Assembly: GCF_004010195.1 (NCBI RefSeq)
Contig: NC_057719.1
Coordinates: 44,753,110-44,803,815, forward strand
DNA from: Chiloscyllium plagiosum
Taxonomy: Eukaryota
DNA: 50,706 nt
Reading direction: 5' to 3'
The position numbers were made by a program, and so were the translations under genes. The notes beneath the pieces were generated by a model. It ran no database searches, was not told the DNA's origin, and saw only the letters and a program-made list of their open reading frames with translations. Numbering within the stretch: the stretch's first letter is position 1; every line of letters starts with the position of its first letter. Below are positions 37,702 through 50,189 of the stretch, one piece after another.

Positions 37702-38681
37702 CCTGCCCAATACTTACAACAAAAGCATGACAGTTTTCAGGAGGGCTTTATTTGCTTATTATTAGTGAAAACATAAATATCAAAATGAACAAGTACTGAC
37801 TGGGCCCTCTCCACAGCTACAATCAATAGCTTTCACCTTTTCTGTAGTGAAGCTCACCCCCCCAATCAATACAAATACAATCCTTCCAGTTCTTCAGTGT
37901 ACACACCCATACTTGTTTTCCATGTCTTTGAGTAAAGCCACACAAGTGAATAAAATCAATTTCTAACAGTGATTCATCAAAAACAACTGTGGGCATGTCG
38001 GTGTTTACTTTTTATTATCGTGGTGCTTCCCTAACTTTTTAATTCTGTTGCTGATTTTCTGGTATAAATATCTATTGCAGTTCCTTTAATTATCATTGAG
38101 AAGCAGTAAGCTATGCTGCATAATATGATACAGCAAAAGAGAGAGCCCTTTTCTCCTTGTGTGTGGATTTCAGATAGTCTTGCTGCAACTGTGAAACCCA
38201 AACAGATGTGAGGATTGCCTGTTCCAACCTGCTCTCAGGTCTTGGCCAGTTATGAGTTGGTTCTGGATAAACAGTGTTGAAGTGCTGCGATCCCAACTGA
38301 GAATCTTACCTTCAACAGCTACATCTCTCTTGAACCTACTTCACTCCATGTCATGTTGGCCTCTGAACTGCAGGTTCGCACACTTGATGAATTTAGTAAC
38401 AAGCTCATTCACAGCTAATCCTTCATTTGGGTAAGGTTAGCAATAATATAGCCTAAGTCTTGGATGACATCTACTTGAGCTGCGCTGATGCATAATGTGC
38501 TGCATATAACATTGGAATTACTACTCCATCCCAGGACATCAGTCAGTTTTGTACTGCATTCTTAGAATGTCATTCATGCAACTACTGGAGCTCCACATGT
38601 TATTTGATGGAAGCTTCCCGGTAATTCCATTATATTTCCTGCCAGATAAGTGTGGTCAGAATGCATTCCTCCCTAAAAAGA

Positions 38682-38820
38682 TTAAGTTCAAAATCAGATA
38701 ACACCAGGTTATAGTTCAACAGGTTTATTTGGGAGCACTAGCTTTCGAGGCACTGCTCCTTCATCAGGTGGTTGTGGAGCAGGACCATGAGAATTTATAG
38801 CAAAAGGTTGGCAGTGTCAC
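38682..38820 (-). mobile_element. Penelope terminal-repeat fragment containing a hammerhead motif (38736-38770)
   Basis: Same sequence family as the arms of 31065-32660; minus strand reads CAC-CUGAUGA-A-GGAGC(AGU)GCCUC-GAAA-GC-UA-GUG. Confidence 0.8.
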
Positions 38821-39021
38821 TCCAAATCAAAAGATTAAATAACAGAGATCTATCTGTCTGATTTTAATGTCTGGGGGTAGAACTAACCTCAATCTCCTAC
38901 AAGGTTTTACCCTTCTTGTATCTCTTCCTATTCCTGTCCACTTTGTGAGTTATCTTTGGCAGTATCCTCTTGTCACTCTAAACTTTATGGAGTAGATTTT
39001 TAAGCCACTGGAAAAATATAA

Positions 39022-39200
39022 CAGCATAAAAAACAAGAGCAGGAGTAGACCATTCAGCCATTCAAACTCACTCTGCCATTTAATTAGATCATGGCTGATT
39101 GTCCACTTCAACAACATTTCTACACTATTCCTGTATCCCTCGATGTTTTTAATATGTAGAAATCTAATAATTTCAGTCATAAACAGAGTAAACAACTTCA
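39022..39200 (-). mobile_element. Old CR1 3' end
   Basis: gagcaggagtagaccattcagcc..gatcatggctgat is the reverse of the tail at 1830-1925. Confidence 0.75.
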
Positions 39201-40019
39201 GCCCAAAAAAGAGTAAGGTAAGTGCAGTGACAGCGTATAAAATACATTGTTCTTCTACCAGAGACCATGAATTGGCTGGTTCTGAAAGCCTGATGGGATC
39301 TTGAAAGTAGAAAGAAAATCACACAGGGCTGAATTTTACCAGCTATTGGCTAAGTGGCAATTTTGGTGAGTTTCATTGAGGGTTTCTTTCCGTGAGGTCT
39401 AGTGAGTTCTCTTGCGGTTTCTTTCCAGGTTCCCCACTTGCTGTTAGCAAAGGTACTTGAAACTGGTGGGATATCCTGCAACCTGTTGAGCCGATGCCAT
39501 ATTTGAAGCCTAGCTGTGTACCCAGTCAAGTGCTGGCAGTGTGGAGCTGTCCTCCACTGTGCACACTGTAACCACAAAACAGCACCTTTCAGAGCAAACA
39601 AGTGACACAGCCGACATCTCATTCACCTAGAAGAGCACATACTTACATCTGGTACTACTTAAGAAACAAGCCACCCATCTTATGCATTCTCAACCACATC
39701 CCATCTCATAATCATCTCACAACCTTTTTTCCCAATGCCCAGTGTAGCCCAGCACCTTCTTATTGTTTGATGTGGGACCATTACATATGGGGAAGCCTTC
39801 GAATGGTTCAAAGGTTTCATTTTTATTCAGCAACAGCTGAAATGAACAAAAAGCAAACAAAACACATTTATCTCTGGGAACAGAAACAGATTGCTTGCCT
39901 TTTGAGTGCCAACTAATTTACAGTCAGTGAGTGATCACTGCATCCAGCTCTCATCTACTGTCAAAGAAGCCTTGATCCTTTTTACTTGATGCTGCCATGG
40001 TCTGTCATGCAGAAGATAT

Positions 40020-40160
40020 ATTACATAGGAGCAGAAGTAGGCATTCAGTCTATCGAGTCTTTTCTGCCATTCAATCAGACCATGGCTAATCAGATGACTC
40101 CACTTTCCTTCCTCTTCCCTATAATCCTTGGTTCCCTAATTGATTTTAAATATTGTCTCT
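40020..40160 (-). mobile_element. Old CR1 3' end
   Basis: ataggagcagaagtaggcattcagtc..ccattcaatcagaccatggct. Confidence 0.7.
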
Positions 40161-40842
40161 AAGATCTGGAGGAGGGGAAAAGCACAAAAAGACAAGGATG
40201 GAATCAGCATCAAATTAGGCACAAAATAAGTAAGTGCTAAGAGAGCAAAGGGGCGGCCTTGAGATGCAGCTGGTTGAATCTGTGAGTTGGGTGCCTGTCT
40301 TCATACACAATCAGTCCTGACAGCAGAGTTCCAATGATAGGTGCTACAAAGTGCAGCAGTGATGTGCAGAAGTGTGTAAGTGTGCCATGAAGGTGCGGTG
40401 AAGCTGGTATGTGACAGATTCCAAGGTCCATGGATAGGGTTAGGAGGTCCATGCAATTTCTGCCCATGCAGTGTGTTTGCAATGTTGCCACCCTGTGTCC
40501 AAAGTGGTGGACTGTAGTAGCAAGCGATGAGCTGAAGCTCCTAGGTAACAGATCTGACTTTCATGTTAGGAACTGTTGCCATTTAGTTTCTATCCAACAG
40601 TTGAGAGAATGGGAAATTAATGAGGTATGACTAGGTCACAACGCAATATTAATTCGTGCAAATAGACCACTTGCTGCTCAATAGTGAAAATCTCATCTCA
40701 CCATTCAAAACTTATTGGAAAATGGGACCTCTTTGTCTTAACGTCAAGAAGTTCCTAGCTGTCTATCTTATGGTATTTTCACAATCTTCTCATCAATGCC
40801 CACATTGTTCAGTGTCTGGGAAAACTCCATCCCCAGTAACTA

Positions 40843-41154
40843 CAGTCAGTTCTGCTATAACACTGTAGTTCTCGTGCAATTCCATGTTATAAGAAAACCA
40901 TGTAATAGCACATCATTTCCTGATGAAGGGTTTATGCACGAAACATTGATTCTCTGCTGCCTGACCTGCTGTGCTTTTCCAGCACCACACTCTCGACATG
41001 TAATAGCACAACACCATTTAAACTAAAGGGGCTGGAATCACATTATAACCAACACATGTGTTAAAAATTCGAGCTTTAGAAAGTGTCCCCAATTTGTCAA
41101 TCGTGTTATAGTGAATTTGTGTTAATGAAATGTGCGTTATAGCAGAATGACCTG
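40843..41154. mobile_element. Tc1/mariner (Tigger/pogo-like) MITE
   Basis: TIRs CAGTCAGTTCTGCTATAAC / GTTATAGCAGAATGACCTG flanked by TA on both sides; second copy at 43519-43721. Confidence 0.85.
40913..40996 (+). mobile_element. 84-bp hammerhead-containing Penelope-derived insertion with 14-bp TSD
   Basis: CATGTAATAGCACA at 40899-40912 and 40997-41010; insert contains CTGATGA-A-GGGT TTAT GCAC-GAAA. Confidence 0.85.
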
Positions 41155-41735
41155 TACCAAGAACTTAGAATGACAATATCAACATGGCAATGGAAAAGCA
41201 ACTACCCAGAAAAATCAATTACCTAGTTTCAAGTTGCCTTATTTTATCTAATCAAAGTGCCATGATTATCTGGTGCATTTGGTATCTATTTGGATGCAGT
41301 CAGTAAACATTTTGATAGAACATATTTTGTAGGGGTTATAACAGTGCCTGAAACGTTGCATACATAGATCTTTGTTGCCAGAATGTAAGTAATACTGTGA
41401 TGTGTTGTTTTTATATTTTTGTGACAACTAACCATAAGCAGATATTTCTCATAAATTCTGATGCCACAACTCACCAAATGACGGGTGTGTAGTGCTCTGT
41501 TAGTTATTTTCTTCAGAAAAATGATGTAAAGGCACCTCCCTTAAAAAGATGGTTAAAAACTATGCTAAAACAAATTAAAAGTGCAGTAGTAAAAATCTTG
41601 TTAAAGAACCACTTGTTTAAAAAAATCCAGCAAAAAAATCAATAAAACTGAAGAAACTTTTATGAATAGTTAACATTGTCACTTGGGAATACTAGGATCA
41701 TCACAGTGTGGTGAAACCTGCAAATAAATCCTTGA

Positions 41736-41998
41736 GCTGAAAAATGTGTTGCTGGAAAAGCGCAGCAGGTCAGGCAGCATCCAAGGAGCAGGAGAATCGA
41801 CGTTTCGGGCATAAGCCCTTCTTCAGGAATGAGGAAGGTGTGCCAAGCAGGCTAAGATAAAAGGTAGGGAGGAGGGACTTGGGGGAGGGGCATTGGGAAT
41901 GCGATAGGTGGAAGGAGGTTAAGGTGAGGGTGATAGGCTGGAGAGGGGCTGGGGCGGAGAGGTCGGGAAGAAGATTGCAGGTCAAAATCCTTTTCTTT
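41736..41998 (-). mobile_element. Penelope 3' terminal fragment with intact hammerhead motif (41794-41830) and 14-bp TSD
   Basis: AAATAAATCCTTGA at 41722-41735 and 41999-42012; minus strand AUUC-CUGAAGA-A-GGGC(UUAU)GCCC-GAAA-CG-UC-GAUU. Confidence 0.85.
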
Positions 41999-42994
41999 AA
42001 ATAAATCCTTGATCCTGTTTTCAATAGTACAACATATGATGGCTTCTGCAAACACATATTAATATGGGACAGCACATGTTCCACTGAATGTTAACAGAAT
42101 TCTTTAAACTGTAACTTTCTTTTCATAATAAACATCCTTTTACCTTTGCTACAAGTCACTTTCAAATATTTGTTAGCTGTCCTTTCTCTTAAGCTTTCTC
42201 AAGTGAATTGTTTAATTTTTTCGAGTATTTAGATTTTTCAGGTTCTCTAAGAATCTGTGAATAAACTAACATTGTAATTTTGTGCATAGTGTTTATTAAA
42301 TGTTAGAAATACATAAAAAGAAAATTGTTGTTGTAGCTATTACATTGAAAATTTATCTTTAAAGCTATAAGTATCTTTCAATGATAGGAAGATGACTGCT
42401 CTTAACTGAACGTTTTTATAAGGTCCAATTGTGTTCAAAACAAATGCTGTCCATAAATAAGAATATTTATACTCATTGGCACTTCTAAATCCTAATTTTT
42501 TTTCCCAGTCTTTATGTTCTAAAACTGTTCTGGTCAGCAGCTATTTGGCATCCATTTTGTGTACAATTCTCCTTCAATGATATCATACACATAAGGATGG
42601 CTGGAGCAGCTCCACACGTTCCTATTATAATCGTGGTATTTACTAATAAATTGAAATTCCTTAAAAGAATCCTTATTGAAGTAAGTGTGATTTAAAGAAA
42701 ATAACTTTGTCAGAAATTAAACCTGGAATCCATATTTTTTCAAATATTAATGATGAAGCTTTATTGTGATTTGTTGTTGTTGGCTTTGCTGTGATTTGTT
42801 ATTATTGCAGGTTTAACGTCACTCTGGACAGCCAATTATGTCTGTGTTCTGAGGTAAAGACTAAAGTTTATATTGAAGTAGAAGCGATATATAGCAGGCA
42901 GTTTTCTTGACTTTTCTTTGTGGACATGACCAGACAAAAGTACAGTAGACCTCATGGAATCCACCCCAGGAAGGAAATAAATTCTATTTCAACT

Positions 42995-43212
42995 GGGTTG
43001 GCTCATTCAGTTGGCTGAATGGCTGGCTTGCCATGCAGAGTGACTCCAAAAGCGTGTCCAAATTCCTGTCCCAAATAAGGAAACTTTGAAGACTCCACCT
43101 TCTGAACTTCACTTGTTGCCTAAAGCCTGGTCATCCTCTGGTTAAACTCATCTCCAGTCATCTCCCTGTCCAATAAAAGAGCAGCCTCTGGGACTATGGT
43201 AACTTTCACTTT
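42995..43212 (+). repeat. Old tRNA-derived SINE
   Basis: Head ggttggctc..cagttggctgaatggctgg, degenerate B-box region aattcctg, tail gggactatggtaactttcacttt. Confidence 0.5.
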
Positions 43213-43407
43213 CTAAAATTGTTCTGAAAACATTGAAAGGGCAATTTCAGTCGAGGACAATGATTTGGTTAATGACATGACAATGGTTAGGAACAGCATC
43301 ACAGAGAACAAAATAATGGCAATAAAGTAGAATACCGAAATGTCATTGTTCTCCCCAATGTCTTGTTGAAATTGTTTCTACTTTCCTCCATACGGAACCT
43401 TTGACTA

Positions 43408-45300
43408 TTCTTTGGGAGTCACTGGTAAGGGCCAGAATTTCTTACCTATCCATAATTGCTTTTGAGACTGTGATGGTTTGCTGCCTTCTTAATCTCTGCA
43501 GTCCATGCAGTGTCAGTACAAGAAGTTCTTCTGTAACGCGATGGTTTTGTTCTTGTGCAACCCTGCATTATAGAAAATTCAGGCTTTAGAAACACTGCTT
43601 AAAGTGTTGGTGATGCAATCATGTTTTTAAAGTTTGTGCTTTAGAAACAATGTCCCCAATTCATCAATCGTGTTACAGCAAATTTGTGTCAATGAAATGC
43701 ACACTATAGCAGAATGATCTGTACACTCAGAGTGCTGTTAGGGAGGGAGCTCCAGCATTTTCCTTCAGCAGCAGTAAAAAGATGGCAATCTTGGAATCTT
43801 GGCTGACAGAGTGAGGAATCTTGTCCACCAGCTGGACAGCTGGTAAGAGACCCACACTCCCCTCACATTGAAGTCCTAATGATTCTAACATTTAGCCCTC
43901 CCTGTGCACGAATGTTCCCATGCATCTGTTGCTCTTGTCATTAGGTAATTAAAGTCATGAGTTTCAAAGATGCTATCAATGGAGCATTGGTGAATTGCTG
44001 CAGTACATCTTATAAATGATATACACTGCTTTCACAGTATGGTGGTGGTGGAGGAAGTGAAAATTGAGGTGCTAGATTGAGTACTAATGAAAAGGGCTGT
44101 TTTGTCCTGGATGCTGATAAGTTTCTTAAATGTTGGTGGACCTGTACTCATGCAGGCTGCTGGACAGCATTCCATTACACTCCTGACTTGTGCCTTGTAG
44201 ATGCTGGACAGACATTGGCGATGGGAGGTGAGTTACCCACTGCAGAATTCCCAGTCTTGGGCTTGCTCTTATAGTTGTAGTGTTTATATGGCAGATCCAG
44301 TTCAGTCAATGGTAATCCCCAGCTGCATGATAGTGGCAATTTCAATCATGGTAAATGTCATTGAATGTGTTGAGGAGATGCACACATTCTCTCATTGGAG
44401 ATGATAAATGCCTGGCACTTGTATGGTATGCATGTCACTTGCCACATATCAGTACAGTTCTAAATTTTGTTCAGAACTTGCTGCATATGGACACAGGCTG
44501 CTTCAGTATCTCAGGAGTTGGGAATAGTGCTGAGCATCGTACAATCATCAATGAGCACACTTTTGATGATAGAGGGAAGGTACTTGATGAAGATGGTTGT
44601 GTCTAGGACATTACCCTGAGGAAATCCTGCAGAGGTGTCCCAAGGATGAGACAACTGACCTCTAACAATCACAACCATCTTCCTTTGTGCTAAATATGAC
44701 ACCAACCCGCAAAGAGTTACCAGTTTCGTCTCCTCTCTCAAATTCATCTGTTTCTTCCATGTTTGGCCAAAGTTGTGAAGGGATCAAAAGCTGAGTGAAC
44801 CTGACAGAACCCAAAAAGAGCCGCAGTGAGCAGTTTCTATGAGTAGATGTCATAAAATAGCACTGTTGATGACACTTTTGATCACTGTTCTTTTGATCAA
44901 GGGGAGACTGACACGACAATAATTAGCTGGGTGGATCTCTCCCACATTTTGTGGACATCTCACACTAGGGGTAGATGCAAATACCGTAGCTGTACTGGAA
45001 GAGCATGGTTAAGGATACAGTTATTGTTGGGGCACATTTTCAATGCTGTTGCTGGGCTTTTTGTATGACACTTAGCTTTAGCAGAATCTGGTGCTTCATT
45101 GACATTATATGAAGTGAATTGAATTGGCTGAAGACCAATATCTGTGCTTCTCCAGACCTCAGAAGATGGTGAATCCATCATTTCCTTGGCACTCTGTTTA
45201 AAGATGATTGCAATGCTTCATCCTTGTCTTTTGTTGGGCTTCCTCATGATTAAGGGTGGGAATATTTTTGAAGATTTCTCATGCTAATTGTTTAATTGTC
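43408..45300 (-). mobile_element. Long decayed L2/Crack-like LINE
   Basis: ORF 44511-44747 SAGFPQGNVLDTTIF..DDCTMLSTI (RT PQGS and xADD remnants); 3' end shared with 15357 and 24945. Confidence 0.75.
43519..43721. mobile_element. Second Tigger-like MITE, inserted at a TA in the Crack-like LINE
   Basis: TA|CAAGAAGTTCTTCTGTAAC..CTATAGCAGAATGATCTG|TA; internal gtgtccccaatt..caatcgtgtta shared with 41083-41110. Confidence 0.8.
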
Positions 45301-45374
45301 AAACTAAAAACCACATGGTTATGCATTTACTTGATTCTAGATTCATATTCATGAAACACAACTTATTTGGAATG

Positions 45375-45522
45375 AGAAGCGAAAGATCTGCGGATGCTGT
45401 AAATCAGAAACAAAAACAGAAGTTGCTAGAAAAGCTCAGCAGGTCTGGCAGCATCTGTGAAGAGAAATCAGTGTTAACCAAAAGGGTTAAATCAAAGGGT
45501 CCAGTGACCCTTCCTCAGTTCT
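45375..45522 (-). repeat. Penelope terminal-repeat-derived fragment with a broken hammerhead
   Basis: ctcagcaggtctggcagcatct; minus strand CUGAGGA-A-GGGUC(ACUG)GACCC with GAAA missing. Confidence 0.7.
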
Positions 45523-47464
45523 TGTTTTGGTTCCTTGGAATGAGAGGAGGCACCACTTTGTATGAAGTGCTGATGTACTTCATACCATGAACCATGGTAC
45601 CATGTACCATGAGCTTTGGCTTTAGATTTTGTTTTATATGCCCTTACCTGTTTTACTGGAAATTTCACTTTAAATTACAGTTATTCTTTCTCTTTATTAA
45701 AATTGTCTGTTGCTGTGATGCTTCTTGGCCACAAGTAATGCTACTTACTTCAGTCCTTTACTCTTTACAATATTCATTCCTACAAATCTCAGAAAAAGAA
45801 GTTAAGGATCTCATTGGTGACCCCCAATCCAACTCCATCTTCACTGTCTTTCTATCTTTACTGAAAATCAAAGGGGCTCCAGGGTAAAGTGCTTAAGCCA
45901 GATGTACTTTCTCCATTTACCCTAGCACCTGGCTTCAACTCTGTTGAAAATTCTGTGAATTGTTTTGGAGCAGTCTACCACTGAGCAATGTGACAAGACA
46001 ATCAATGTAAATGGATTACAAGGACAATTTCACTTTGTTATCTAAAATGTGGTAGTAAACAGATGAATCATTTTTAAATGAGTCTACTTTTGCCTGAGCT
46101 CTACCCTCCTTGACTTTTGAACAGCCCTTGGATTGGTCTGATTCCAAATCAGGTGGGAGTCTTGTTAAAATGTTTAAATTGGAGGCTTTGCATAGGACAT
46201 TGCACAAAGGTCTTTAAGGGGTTTAAATACAGAATTGCCAGAAACATTGCACTAAATTTTCTGACTCAACAAAAATTTCTCCATATTCTGCCAACCATAC
46301 ACTGCCATTCCCTCCACCCACACTTCTAGGAGGAAGAAACCAACCAATATGAGTTGCCCAGCCACTCCATCATGGCATTTTCTCTGTGGTACACAAGATT
46401 CATAGAATGCCTGCAGCACTGAATAGTATAATTAAACTTGTGCTCACTCCAAATCTCTGCAAGACCTACCCAGCTAGTTCTATTCCACTGCCTTTGTCTG
46501 TAGCCTTTCATTTTCTTTCTCCTTAGATAATTACCCAATTTTCCTTTGAACTCCATGATTGAATTTGCCTTCACAACATTCTCAGTGTCCATATTTGAAT
46601 CAGTCCTTGTGTATAAAGATTTTTCTTTTTATTACTCCAGCTCTTTAGTGAGTCAATTTAATTTTTTTTTGTTTCTAGACCCTTCCCTCTTTAGGATCAG
46701 TAACACCTCCACCCATCCTAGCTACTTTGTCAGATTCCTCAGGATTTTGAAAACCTCAAAAGCTCTTTGAAAAGCTCTTTTCAATCTGCTCAATCACTCC
46801 AGCTTTGCTAATCTACCCACATAGCTGAAGTTTCTCAATTCTGGAAATGTTCTCATAAAACTTTTCTTCATCATCTTGAATGCCTTCACATTCTTCCTAA
46901 AGTGCAGTGCTCAGAATTAGACACAGCTCCATTTGAAACTGAACATAAAGTATCTCATAAAGATTCAAAATAATTTCCTTTCTTTCACATATCATGCCTC
47001 TGCTAGGTGTTTAATTCACTGTTTTCTCAACGTGTCCTACCATTGTGAATGACTTGTTCATAAACTTCTCCCCACTTCTGCTCCAAACACCTCACATTTT
47101 CTTGAGAACTATACACTTTATTTTTTATGGAATTCTCTTGTTTTTTTTAACCAAAATGAATCATTTGACACTTTTTGCTCTAAATGTTATCTGCTGAGTG
47201 TCTGCATTAGCCTATATTATCTTGGATTCTACGACAATTTGTCTCACAGTTCACCGTGCCTTAAAGTTTGTGTCATATGCAACTTTTGAAATTGTGCCCT
47301 ACTTACTCAAGTTATTGTTATTAGTGAAGAAAAACCGGGATCCTAATAATGACCCATGGGAATCCCCACTATATACCATCCTTCAATCAAAATACAACTA
47401 TTCATCATTGTTTTCTGTTTCCAGTCATTCACTGAACTTCATGCTGCCACAGTCCCCTTTATGC

Positions 47465-48184
47465 TGTTGTGGGGAACATCACCAGCCTTCGAGTCAGAGT
47501 GGGGGTTCATCAACAGAGCTTATTGTACAAGGAAATATCGGAGCTCCAGGGAGGGAAAGATACCAACAGCACAGTGGTCAGCTGTGAGTCTTCTCTCAAC
47601 GTTGAACATATGTCAAGATACTTTCATACATTTTGTGATATAATAGGTCAGTAATGAGGTTACTGTCTTTGTAACATAGTTTTTTTGTTGTAAACATTGC
47701 AGAATCATTGATAGTTTCGATGCAGTCATTGTCAGTTTCAGTGCAGCCTTTGTTAATTTCAGCACGATCGTTGTCAGTTTCAGTGCAGACATTGTTAGTT
47801 TCAATGTCTGCATGGAAGTCCATTGCTGTAGTAGTGGATGATAATCGCTCTTCCTAAGAAGGACAACAACTGCAGCCCTGGCTGCTAGCACTTTATATTG
47901 AGTCCATATCAAATTGTTGGCTGGACCCAGACACTTCGGCAGGCAGTATACGCTACTCATGTGTATTCTCTCCCCCACCCGCCTTAAGATAATCAACTAG
48001 GTTGTGAGTGCAGTGTACTGGCGTTCTGGTGGGCTGAGGCCTTATCTGTGTTTGCTCTGCTGTCTCTCTCCATATTGTGGTCTGGCGGCCATTTTTTGTG
48101 TCAAGTGGCCAACTTAGGGCCCAGCAGCCATCTTGTGTGTCTGTATGCCGAGTGTCACCCTACCCCGTGCCATGTCCCACTTCA
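47465..48184 (-). mobile_element. Solo LTR (720 bp) with 4-bp TSD
   Basis: ATGC|TGTTGTGGG...CCCACTTCA|ATGC; removing it restores the flanking CR1; minus-strand TATA (47891-47900) and AATAAG (47519-47524). Confidence 0.8.
47710..47814. repeat. Five 21-bp tandem repeats
   Basis: gatagtttcgatgcagtcatt/gtcagtttcagtgcagccttt/gttaatttcagcacgatcgtt/gtcagtttcagtgcagacatt/gttagtttcaatgtctgcatg. Confidence 0.85.
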
Positions 48185-48857
48185 ATGCCATGGTCATTGG
48201 ATTTGCTGACAAGGCTGTTAATTAAATGCCTTTGGAATTCCAAGGACACAAGATCAAGTGCATTATTCTCATAACTCTCTCTGTTACTTCATTAAAAACC
48301 TCAGTCAATTAATTAAACACTATCTGTCCTCAACAAGTAGTATTGGCTTTCTTTATTTAAACTGCATTTAAGTGGCTGTCAATTTTGTCTCGGATTTGCA
48401 AATTTACCTACTTTAGGTATAGTCAGACGTTTTAATACCTTGCCTTTGTCAATTTTAGCATATTAAATGTTTCACCTCCTGTTTCATTGCAAAGTTATCA
48501 GTATTATTTTGCTTATTAAAGACAGTTGCAAAATATTCATTTAGTACCTCTCTAATGCAGTCTGTATTCATGCATATATACCCTTTTGATCTCAGATTCT
48601 TTTGACCTTCTGTTACCACCCTTTTACTCTTTCTATGCCCATAGAAGACTTTTGAATTCCTTTTTAATGATGGCTGCTACTCTCAAACATTCTTCTTATT
48701 GCTCTTATTTCTTTGTTTTCCTTCCCTATGTAATGTCAACTTGATGTCTGTCATGGACACTTTTTCTGCTTCATCTTACTCTCTACCTCTTTCATCTTCA
48801 GCACAGAGATTACCACTCAAGAGAATTTAGATGGTCAGATTTTCTGTGCTGTATGAC

Positions 48858-49168
48858 AGTGGCACAGTGGTTAGCACTGCTGCCTCACAGCACCAGAGAT
48901 CCAGGTTCAATTCCTGCCTCAGGTGACTGTATGTGTGGAGTTTGCGCATTCTCCCTGTCTGCGTGGGTTTCCTCCGGGTGCTCTGGTTTCCTCCCATAGT
49001 CCAAAAATGTGCAGGTTATGTGAATTGGCCAAGTTAAATTGCCCATAGTGTTAGATGAAGGGGTAAATGTAGGGGAATGGGTCTGGGTGAGTTGCGCTTC
49101 GGCAGGTCGGTGTGGACTTGTTGGGCTGAAGGACGTATTTCCACACTGTAAGTAATCTAATCTAATCA
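48858..49168 (+). mobile_element. HE1 V-SINE
   Basis: gtggcacagtggttagcactgctgcctcacagc head, V-domain, (AATCT)n tail. Confidence 0.92.
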
Positions 49169-50189
49169 AAGAAAGAGATGGCCACTCTGTCAGGAGATGT
49201 TAGAAAAAAACTATCTTTGGCTGAAGCACTTAGGAGTTAAGACCTCAGGTGCCAAAACCACAATTATTTGCAAACATTGCTATTTTGTGGAAGCAATTAG
49301 ACATGACTTCCATATATGTATATATGACTGAGAAGATGAATAACTCAGAGGAATTTAATAGCCACTTCTAAAATACATTACAGGATGTTTCTGACAATAT
49401 ACAAAACACCTCAGAGACGATAACATCTTAAGAGATACCCATAGCATAAAGAAGGACTTTAATGGACAGCGGTGGCTTTTAAGAACAGTTATGGTGCATT
49501 GAACAGAACATTTTCACTGCCTTTCCAAGAACAGATGAGAATTATTCATCTGTGATGAGAATACTCGCAACTACCCTGAGTATGTCCAAAATACTGGTGT
49601 GTAATCAAGAATAGGCAGAAATTGTCTCTTTGAAGAGTGTCTGCAACATTAAGACCCCTTTCGATGCCATCACAGGCAGAAACAGATGAGGTAGCTATCT
49701 GCCAGGTTTCCATGGAGAACACATAGATTTGTGATGGAAACCATCTTCTCTGTCTCCTGGGCAGTGATCTGGATGTTCTAGCAGCTGCTTTCACCACACT
49801 GAGTGATGGGATGCCTTACTAGTCCCATACACTTTCTACTGCAGAGTGAGGGGGGTTAATAAATGCTGCATTAGTCTGAGAAACAGTAGTGACATTCTTG
49901 TCACAATGATCTCCTGTTGTTGAGGGTTCCCTCAGTTTGTTCAACAATCTGCACAGGAGCAACACCCATGCACCATACAGTGTTAGAGACAGTGATGTCC
50001 TGAAGAATTGTGTCTTTGCATCTGTTCCTTCAACAATTTGAAATCATTCAAGATAATCTTCCGCAGATCAAATCCCAGGATCTCTATAATAGGAAATTCA
50101 GCTTTCATGTCAGATGCTCCAAATGTGCACTGGTATTGACAGCCTTGCAGTTGCTATGTGCCACATGTTGAACAATTGCCTCTTTTAGT

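Larger units (their letters stand above)
46400..48810 (-). mobile_element. Very old CR1 relic, interrupted by a solo LTR
   Basis: ORF 46326-46592 ENVVKANSIMEFKGKLGNYL; ccttcacattcttcctaaagtg..cagaatt; aatgcctttggaattccaag are typical reverse CR1 segments. Confidence 0.7.

Noticed and set aside
39326..40730. gggctgaattttacc start, suggesting a Harbinger-type non-autonomous element
   Set aside because: No matching second terminal repeat or TSD could be identified with confidence
41855..41970. G-rich, G-quadruplex-like tract
   Set aside because: Intrinsic to the Penelope terminal region; not locus-specific
47710..47814. Regularly spaced repeats as a possible CRISPR array
   Set aside because: Units are contiguous with no unique spacers, there are no cas genes, and the context is eukaryotic
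49300..49780. Possible Harbinger N-terminal relic on the minus strand (PPLSIKVLLYAMG)
   Set aside because: Similarity too weak and fragmentary to support by eye
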